Source: Desulfomicrobium sp. (lineage in GTDB: Bacteria > Desulfobacterota > Desulfovibrionia > Desulfovibrionales > Desulfomicrobiaceae). From it: a stretch of 64,000 nucleotides of DNA. The translations under genes were made by a program, and so were the position numbers. The DNA is taken from positions 1,376,001 to 1,440,000 of the forward strand of contig JAXGMI010000001.1 of NCBI GenBank assembly GCA_040768745.1, in the 5' to 3' direction. The notes beneath the pieces are model-generated. The model was not told where the DNA came from. It saw nothing but the letters and a program-made list of their open reading frames with translations, and ran no database searches. This document shows positions 57,175-64,000 of this stretch, in pieces. Every line of letters starts with the position of its first letter. Position 1 is the first letter of the stretch.

Positions 57175-58425
57175 GTGGCCAGCATTCGCAAAGGCTTGCT
57201 CCAGCTCGTTTTTTCCGGCAGTTTCATGAAGCGCTGGAATGACAAGATGCGCCCGATGGAACTGGTGGAGGTGGACAAGCAGGCACACAAGATGATCGCG
57301 GCCTGGCTTCTTTTTGAACTCAACTCTGTCGACCTTCCGGCCGAGGCCAAGTCCAGTCTGGGAGAGGACATAGTCCGGGGCGGTATTTACGACTATCTCT
57401 ACCGGCTGGTCATCACCGACATCAAACCCCCCATCTTCTACCAGATCAAGGCGAATCCAGCACACTACCAGAAGTTGACAGCCTGGGTCCTGGATCAGCT
57501 CCAGCCCCGGGTTCAACCCCTGGGCAAGGATTTCTGGGACGGAATGCGTTGCCATTTCGAACATCAGGTCCGCCGGGACGAGACCTTGGCCTCCCGCATC
57601 CTGGACGCTGCCCATCTTTTTGCCAGCCGTTGGGAGTTCCATCTGATCCGTGATCTCAACCCTTGGGATGAGGAAATGGCTGACATCGAGGCCAATTTCC
57701 AGCGCAGTCTGGAGGCCCATCTCGACCTGGTCGGGGTGCAGCAGCTCCTGAAAGGACCGGGCACCAGACTTGGCAAGTTTGCGTATATGTGCGGACAACT
57801 CCGCTTTCAGAAAAGATGGTCCCAGACCCCGCGCATCCCTGAAACGTCGGTCCTGGGGCACATGTTCATTGTGGCCTGTCTGGCCTATTTTTTCAGCCTG
57901 GCGGTAGGTGCCTGCCCGGTGCGGCGGCACAACAATTTTTATGCCGGCCTGTTCCATGACGTGCCGGAACTTCTGACCAGGGACATCATTTCCCCGGTCA
58001 AAAGTTCGGTCCAGGGCATCGGCGATCTGATCCGCGAGTACGAAGCCAGGGAACTCGAGCGCCGCCTTTTTTCCATCCTGGACCGTGCGGTATATGCAGA
58101 TCTGGTCAAGCGTCTGGGATATTTTCTGGGCATCGAGGTAGGATCTGAATTCGAGTCCACCATCATCCATGATGGGAGGGCGCGCATTGTCAGTTGGGAT
58201 CAACTGCAAGGACAGTACAACGCCGACCGCTTTTGTCCCAAGGACGGCCGAATGCTCAAGATCTGCGATCATCTGGCCGCTTTCCTGGAAGCCTACACGG
58301 CGTTGTCCAACGGCATTACCAACGCACAACTGCAGCAGGCCTTGTGGAGGATCCGGACCAAGTACCAAAATGATGCCCTCACCGAGGAGCTGCATATCGG
58401 TGCCTTGCTGGCTGATTTTGAATGA
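57175..58425 (+). CDS. HD-domain protein
   Basis: MKRWND, ETSVLGH, LFHDVPE; GTG start after GGAGG. Confidence 0.8.
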   Translation: MASIRKGLLQLVFSGSFMKRWNDKMRPMELVEVDKQAHKMIAAWLLFELNSVDLPAEAKSSLGEDIVRGGIYDYLYRLVITDIKPPIFYQIKANPAHYQKLTAWVLDQLQPRVQPLGKDFWDGMRCHFEHQVRRDETLASRILDAAHLFASRWEFHLIRDLNPWDEEMADIEANFQRSLEAHLDLVGVQQLLKGPGTRLGKFAYMCGQLRFQKRWSQTPRIPETSVLGHMFIVACLAYFFSLAVGACPVRRHNNFYAGLFHDVPELLTRDIISPVKSSVQGIGDLIREYEARELERRLFSILDRAVYADLVKRLGYFLGIEVGSEFESTIIHDGRARIVSWDQLQGQYNADRFCPKDGRMLKICDHLAAFLEAYTALSNGITNAQLQQALWRIRTKYQNDALTEELHIGALLADFE

Positions 58426-58625
58426 CGCTGGGGATGTCTCCGGGCATTTCGCTCCTCATGTGCATCGCAGAGATGTTCCTGTGCGCCCCTTTTTGTCGGA
58501 CTTCGGCGGGAGAGGGTCGAGGCATATCCATGGCCAGGACAGGGGTTGAAAACTGCTGTCCGTCGCATTCATGCTAACCGAGCCGGGTGTTTTGCGCCCG
58601 CTCTTCATTATCAAGGGGGGTTGTT

Positions 58626-59105
58626 ATGCTCTTACGTAAACGGGTCTGGGACATCATGCGCGAGGACTATGTATCCGTGCGCGAGGATGCGAGTCTGGCG
58701 GAAGCGATCACGGCCTTACTCGCAAGTCGAAAAACACAGAAGGACAACGGCTTTGTCCTGGTTTTTTCCAAAACCGGTCAGTTTCTTGGTATCCTGTCCA
58801 TGTGGAACCTGGTGCAGGGTATCGGGCCTTGTTTGCTCAAGGGCTCTGTCCTGACCGGCGATGAAGTGGACTGGGACAACGCTTTTTCCCGGGCCTGTCG
58901 CAGCTGTGCGCAAGTGCGCATCAATGAATGCCTGCAGACCGATATTCCTGTGGTCAAGCCCAACGACCCTTTGGCCCGGATGCTGGAAGTTTTTTTGGAT
59001 TACCGCCGGGGTCGAGCCGTGGTGGAGGAAGGAGGAAAGATCATTGGGGTGGTCACCCTGGCCGATCTGTTTGCGGAAATCGGAAACTCCCTGATAGTCA
59101 AGTGA
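58626..59105 (+). CDS. CBS-domain protein
   Basis: Two CBS repeats (VWDIMR.., IIGVVTLADL). Confidence 0.8.
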   Translation: MLLRKRVWDIMREDYVSVREDASLAEAITALLASRKTQKDNGFVLVFSKTGQFLGILSMWNLVQGIGPCLLKGSVLTGDEVDWDNAFSRACRSCAQVRINECLQTDIPVVKPNDPLARMLEVFLDYRRGRAVVEEGGKIIGVVTLADLFAEIGNSLIVK

Positions 59106-59179
59106 TTGCCGGTCGATCCTGTGCGTGAACAACAATCCCCTCTCTGCCAACGCAGGGAGGGGATTGTTGTTGCCGTCCT

Positions 59180-61594
59180 TTATTTGTTGGCCCCTGAGCG
59201 AACTTCGGGCCAGATCTCGTCGATGGCCTGCACGGTCTTGACCGTGATCCGCTTGCGGAGGTCCTTGGGTATCTCATCCAGGTCATGGGCGTTTCTGGCC
59301 GGGATAAGGACCTTGTCCACCCCATGGCTAACAGCCGCCAGAATTTTTTCCTTGATCCCGCCCACAGGCAAGACCCGACCACGAAGGGTGATTTCGCCGG
59401 TCATGGCCACGTCCGGGGCAATGGGCTCATTGGTGATGGCGGAGAGCAAGGCCGTTACAAGGGTGACTCCAGCCGAGGGGCCATCCTTGGGAGTGGCTCC
59501 AGCCGGGACGTGGATATGGATGTCGTGGGTGTCGAAGAAGTCCTCGGCAATTCCAAGGCTGGCGCTTTTGCTGCGGGCATAGCTCAATGCAGCCTGGGCG
59601 CTTTCCTTCATCACATCTCCGAGCTTTCCGGTCAGAATCAGCTTGCCTTTACCAGGCAGGAGACTGCACTCAATGTGCAGGATTTCACCGCCGTAAGGGG
59701 TCCATGCCAGGCCCAGGGCCACTCCGGCGGGCATGCTGTTTTCCCGCTCCTCATCCATGAATTTGGGCTGCCCCAGCAGCTTGACCAATGATGCGCTGGT
59801 CACCCGGAAAGGGCCTTTCCGGCCTTCTGCCACCTTGCGCGCGTATTTGCGGCAGACCGAGCCGATCTCTCTTTCCAGGTTCCTCAGGCCCGCCTCGCGG
59901 GTGTACCCCCGGATGATCTCCGCCAGAACCGCATCCGATACAATCAGAGTTTCCTCGGACAGGCCGTTTTCCTTGATCTGGCGGGTCAGCAGGTAGCGTC
60001 GGGCTATGGTGATCTTTTCCTGCTCCGTGTATCCGGGAATGCGGATGACCTCCATCCGGTCCAGCAGGGCCGACGGAATGGTGTCGAGCATGTTGGCCGT
60101 GCAGATGAACATGACCTTGGACAGGTCGTAGGGCACGTTCAGGTAGTGGTCCGTGAAGGAGTTGTTCTGTTCCGGATCGAGCACTTCGAGCAGGGCCGAG
60201 GATGGGTCTCCCCGAAAATCGTTGCCGAGCTTGTCAATCTCGTCAAGCATTATGACTGGATTGATGGTCCCGGCATCCTTCATGGACTGGATGATGCGGC
60301 CAGGCATGGCTCCTATGTAGGTTCTGCGGTGCCCCCGGATTTCCGCCTCGTCGCGCATACCGCCCAGAGACATGCGCACGAATTTTCGTCCCAAGGACCG
60401 GGCGATGGATTTGCCCAGCGACGTCTTGCCCACACCCGGAGGACCCACGAAGCAGAGTATGGGCCCCTTCATGGTGGGGTTCAGCTTCCTGACGCTCAGG
60501 TATTCGAGAATGCGCTCCTTGACCTTCTCCAGGTCATAGTGGTCGTCGTTGAGAATTTTGGCCGCTTCCATGATGTCGAGACGATCCTTGGACGTCTTCT
60601 TCCACGGCAGGTCGATGATCCAATCCAGATAGGTGCGCAGAATCGTGGATTCTGAACTGTCTGGATGCATGGACTCCAAACGGGAAAGCTGCTTGTCCGC
60701 TTCCTTTTTGACCTTCTTGGGCAGTCCGATGGAGTTGAGGGCACTTCTGAGATCCTCCATTTCGTCGCTTTCTCCGCCCTTGTCTCCCAGTTCCCGGCGG
60801 ATGGCCTTCAGTTGCTCGCGCAGGAAGTATTCGCGCTGGGCTTTGTCCATGCCTTCCTTGGCCATGTTCTGGATCTTGGCCTGCATGGAAGCGACCTCGA
60901 CTTCCTTGACCAACTGGGAATTAACCAGGCTCAGACGCTCAATGGGGTCGTGGCTTTCCAGGATGCGTTGCGCTTCAGAAGATTTCATGCGCAGGTTGGA
61001 GGCGACCAGGTCGGCCAGCCGGCCGTGATCGTTCACGGCGTTCAAGACGTTCATGATCTCGGATGAATCAATACCCCGTAAGGTCAGTATTTTTTCGCTC
61101 TGCTCCTTGACCGAGCGCAACAGTGCTTCCTCTTCGGGGCCAGGGTTCTCGACCACCAGTTCGTCAATAGGCTCGATGTGGACCATGTCGAAGGGCTCAT
61201 GATGCACAAATCTGGTGATGCGTGCCCTGGTCAGGCCTTGGACCAGGACTTTCAACCTGCCATCCGGCATCTTCAACATGCGCATGATCATGGCCACGGT
61301 TCCGATCTCATAGAGATCGTCCGGCCCGGGGTCGTCAATTCCCTCGTCCTTCTGGGTACAGATGAGGATGTAGCGGTTGCTGTTCAAGGCTGCATCGACG
61401 GCCTGCACGCTCTTTTCGCGGCCAACGAAGAGGGGCAGGATCATAAAGTTGAAAACGACGATGTCCCGGACTGCCAAAAGGGGCATGGTGGTTGGGATCT
61501 CTGCTTCCTGTGCAGCGCTGTCGGCATTTGCTGTATCGGGATTTTCACCTCTGAGTTCTTTGTTTTCAGGGGAAAATGTCTTCTCATCAGCCAT
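59180..61594 (-). CDS. lon: ATP-dependent Lon protease
   Basis: GPPGVGKTS, RRTYIGAMPG, PKDGPSAG, GGIKEK. Confidence 0.97.
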   Translation of the reverse strand: MADEKTFSPENKELRGENPDTANADSAAQEAEIPTTMPLLAVRDIVVFNFMILPLFVGREKSVQAVDAALNSNRYILICTQKDEGIDDPGPDDLYEIGTVAMIMRMLKMPDGRLKVLVQGLTRARITRFVHHEPFDMVHIEPIDELVVENPGPEEEALLRSVKEQSEKILTLRGIDSSEIMNVLNAVNDHGRLADLVASNLRMKSSEAQRILESHDPIERLSLVNSQLVKEVEVASMQAKIQNMAKEGMDKAQREYFLREQLKAIRRELGDKGGESDEMEDLRSALNSIGLPKKVKKEADKQLSRLESMHPDSSESTILRTYLDWIIDLPWKKTSKDRLDIMEAAKILNDDHYDLEKVKERILEYLSVRKLNPTMKGPILCFVGPPGVGKTSLGKSIARSLGRKFVRMSLGGMRDEAEIRGHRRTYIGAMPGRIIQSMKDAGTINPVIMLDEIDKLGNDFRGDPSSALLEVLDPEQNNSFTDHYLNVPYDLSKVMFICTANMLDTIPSALLDRMEVIRIPGYTEQEKITIARRYLLTRQIKENGLSEETLIVSDAVLAEIIRGYTREAGLRNLEREIGSVCRKYARKVAEGRKGPFRVTSASLVKLLGQPKFMDEERENSMPAGVALGLAWTPYGGEILHIECSLLPGKGKLILTGKLGDVMKESAQAALSYARSKSASLGIAEDFFDTHDIHIHVPAGATPKDGPSAGVTLVTALLSAITNEPIAPDVAMTGEITLRGRVLPVGGIKEKILAAVSHGVDKVLIPARNAHDLDEIPKDLRKRITVKTVQAIDEIWPEVRSGANK

Positions 61595-61721
61595 AAAAAT
61601 CTCCTCATGCTGGTGTAATAGAGCTCATCGAGCCCACAAAAAAGCAAATCCTGACAGTTATAAGGCGAATTACGGTTCAGGCAAGGGAAAAAAAGGCGTT
61701 CAGCCCATTTTGGAGGGGAGA

Positions 61722-62405
61722 TCAGAGCAAACCAAGGGCACGGAAGCTGGAGTAGTGCTCCCCAGTCACCACAAGGTGGTCCAGGAGGCGCAGGCCGATG
61801 TCCGTGGCCAGGCGAGAGATGGCTTCCGTCAGTTTTCTGTCCTGGAGGGAAGGGTTGGCGTCGCCGCCCGGATGGTTGTGGACCAGGATCAGGCCGCTGG
61901 CGTGATGACGCAGGGTCAGTTCAAGAATTTCCCGTGGATATGCCGCAGTCTGATCCACGGTTCCGCGAAAAATTTGTTCAAAAAGGATGAGTCTGTTTTG
62001 ATTATCGACCAGTATGATCCAGAATTCTTCCTTGGTCAGATGCCCCAGTCGGGAGCAGACCATGTCCCTGACCTGATCAGGGGTGGAGAATTTTTCCTTG
62101 TTCACTACGGGAGATCCGGCCTTTCTGACCAGGCATTCCTGCATGACCCGCCAAAAAGTTGCTGCGCCCTGGCCCAGACCGGGTATGTCCATGATGCGCG
62201 AGGGGTCGGTCAGCAAGGCGTTTCCCAATGATCCAAAGCGGGCCAACAATTCCTTGGCCATGGGCTTGGTGTCCTTGCGGGGCAGGGCATAGGTCAACAG
62301 GAGTTCCAGCAGCTCGTAGTCGGCCAGCTCTCGTGGATTGGAGATCAGTCGGTCCCGTAAACGTTGACGATGGCCGAGATAATGGGGCGTGGCTTCCCTC
62401 ACCAT
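61722..62405 (-). CDS. radC: RadC/JAB-domain protein
   Basis: GHRQRLR, ELLELLL, HNHPGG..PS..D, LLDHLV. Confidence 0.9.
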   Translation of the reverse strand: MVREATPHYLGHRQRLRDRLISNPRELADYELLELLLTYALPRKDTKPMAKELLARFGSLGNALLTDPSRIMDIPGLGQGAATFWRVMQECLVRKAGSPVVNKEKFSTPDQVRDMVCSRLGHLTKEEFWIILVDNQNRLILFEQIFRGTVDQTAAYPREILELTLRHHASGLILVHNHPGGDANPSLQDRKLTEAISRLATDIGLRLLDHLVVTGEHYSSFRALGLL

Positions 62406-63352
62406 ACGCGCTGGACATCCTTGATCAGATTTTCCATGGCCTGGGCAGGTTTGAGACGTCCGGTCTTGATGTCGGTGTCGGCCTTGAGGGCCAAGTCCCA
62501 GAACCGGCTGATCCGGTTTGGGCCAAGGCGTTGGGCAAGACGCTTTTTTTCCGCCTTCATACCAGGATGAAGCTGGACCTTGTCCTCGTCGCCGTGGAGG
62601 ATCTGCCATAGCTGCCTGGCCTCGCGCAGCAGCAGGGCCGAGACAGGGAAGACCATGTCACCGCTGGACAGGGCCGGATCGTTCAGCAGGTGGTTCCAGA
62701 CTTTTTGGCGGCCAGCTGAGTCGTGCAGGGAGCGCAGGAAAGAGAAAATCTCGATGCCATCCTCGCCAGGCAGTGATTGGAGGTGGCTTGGCCTGATTGT
62801 GCCCCCCTCGCCGGCCAGAAGAAGGATTTTTTCCATTTCGTTGCGCAGAGCAATGGTGGTGAGGGGCAGTGTCTGGATGAGGGACTGGCGGACTCCCGGG
62901 GCAAAGTTCAGGCCATAGCGCTGGGCAAAGCGGTCCACTTCCGCGCCGAGAGTCTTGCGGTTCAGGCCGGCGTGTTCCCAGACCCACCCTTTTTTCTGGG
63001 CCACGGCCCAGTATTTGCCTCTGATCACGGCTTTCGGCACGGTCGGTTTACCTTTCTGCCAATCGCCTTCCAGGCAGAAAAAGGGCCAGATCGAGACCCT
63101 GGCCATGGCCAGCAGTGGTTCGATTCTGGCCCAGAATTCATCCTTCTGGTCCTGGGCCCGGCGCAGCACGACGGCGTTGGGTTGGCCCATCATGGCGGGC
63201 ACGGTCAGGGCCTGCCAGTATCCGCTCGGCAATTCCTCGTCACCCCAGAAGACCTTGGCCATGAAGGGGGTGTCCTGAAGCAGCTCCGCCACCCGATCCT
63301 TGATCAGTTCTGCATCCGTGCAGACGAGAAAGGTAAAGCCTTGCCTGGACAT
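62399..63352 (-). CDS. holA: DNA polymerase III delta subunit (divergent)
   Basis: leuS-lptE-holA gene order; NEMEKILL, ADTDIKTG. Confidence 0.7.
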   Translation of the reverse strand: MSRQGFTFLVCTDAELIKDRVAELLQDTPFMAKVFWGDEELPSGYWQALTVPAMMGQPNAVVLRRAQDQKDEFWARIEPLLAMARVSIWPFFCLEGDWQKGKPTVPKAVIRGKYWAVAQKKGWVWEHAGLNRKTLGAEVDRFAQRYGLNFAPGVRQSLIQTLPLTTIALRNEMEKILLLAGEGGTIRPSHLQSLPGEDGIEIFSFLRSLHDSAGRQKVWNHLLNDPALSSGDMVFPVSALLLREARQLWQILHGDEDKVQLHPGMKAEKKRLAQRLGPNRISRFWDLALKADTDIKTGRLKPAQAMENLIKDVQRVW

Positions 63353-63355
63353 GCG

Positions 63356-63874
63356 TCAGAATTTCTGACCAAGGCGGTCTGCTACCATGCGCATCGCCAA
63401 GTCCACCGCGTTTTGGGTCGCTTCGCGCTTTCCGGCAGGCCTCAGGTAGTGGCCTGCGTTGGCGCGTGCCTCCGCGGATGCTCTGTAGGACTCTGTGGCC
63501 ATTACAGGACCGGAAGTCCAGATCAGCGCGTTGGTTCTCGCGTCGAAAAAGCTGACCTCCAGTTGGATGCGGGCCTCGGATTTGACGGTCACGTCGTCCC
63601 GCCCCTTGACCGCATCGGCCGTGCTGTATGAGCGCACGTCCACCGTGACCGTGGCCTGGGCCTCGTTCTGGGAAACCCAGACAACGTTCCCCCTTCGGGT
63701 CAATTCATCGCGCAGACTGGTCCTGATCATAGGTTCTAGCCAGGTTTCCGTGGTTGGGTTGGTCACCTTGCTCAAGAACAATTTGGTACTGTCCTGGGGC
63801 AAAACAATGGGTGAGTTTGCCGTTAGTTCATACCCGCAGGCGGACATCATGGCGATGCAGAACACCGCCCCCAT
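63356..63874 (-). CDS. lptE: LPS assembly lipoprotein LptE family
   Basis: Lipobox MSACGY; lies between leuS and holA; start uncertain. Confidence 0.75.
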   Translation of the reverse strand: MGAVFCIAMMSACGYELTANSPIVLPQDSTKLFLSKVTNPTTETWLEPMIRTSLRDELTRRGNVVWVSQNEAQATVTVDVRSYSTADAVKGRDDVTVKSEARIQLEVSFFDARTNALIWTSGPVMATESYRASAEARANAGHYLRPAGKREATQNAVDLAMRMVADRLGQKF

Positions 63875-63878
63875 CAGC

Positions 63879-64000
63879 CTAGCGAACCACCACGCTGACC
63901 AGTTTGCCGGGAATGACGATAGTTTTGACAATGGTTTTGCCCTCGATGTGTCGCGCAACATTTTGATCGGCCAAGGCCTGGGCCTCGATTTCTGCGGATG
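63879..64000 (-). CDS. leuS: Leucine--tRNA ligase, C-terminal fragment
   Basis: ALADQNVARHIEGKTIVKTIVIPGKLVSVVVR*, typical LeuS C-terminus. Confidence 0.85.
   Translation of the reverse strand, partial: SAEIEAQALADQNVARHIEGKTIVKTIVIPGKLVSVVVR

Noticed and set aside
61722..62405. radC as a marker of a mobile element
   Set aside because: Full-length chromosomal-type gene within the leuS-lptE-holA-radC-lon housekeeping run.

Overview
Chromosomal window from a GC-rich sulfate-reducing bacterium (Desulfobacterota; gene content and order suggest Desulfomicrobium or a relative, by inference only). (1) 1-6.1 kb is backbone: acyl-CoA synthetase, an unannotated 32-aa peptide gene, a decayed feo locus, DsrE, MBL hydrolase, LarE-like and ZntB genes. 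(2) About 6.3-34.6 kb looks accessory and ends near tRNA-Thr/tRNA-Pro. It holds a module of two double-cubane-type reductases, their activase, two ABC transporters, a TOBE protein and an FmdE-MoeA-like gene. It also holds a lactate permease and a NuoEFG-less Nuo/Mrp complex preceded by a c-di-AMP (ydaO) riboswitch. (3) There are two IS1595-family copies, each with its own 8-bp target duplication. (4) A 9.5-kb phage-satellite-like element (40061-49560) is integrated at the start codon of an MtaD-like amidohydrolase gene. It encodes an integrase, AlpA-like HTH, primase-DUF3987 with iterons, RuvC-like and small-terminase-like proteins. Its right end carries a Cas-less CRISPR-like mini-array in which every 34-35-bp spacer is a palindrome, which is the most unusual feature here. 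(5) 49.5-64 kb is housekeeping (cobO, amrS, purM, rpsI, rplM, lon, radC, holA, lptE, end of leuS). All assignments come from motif recognition by eye; no database searches were run.
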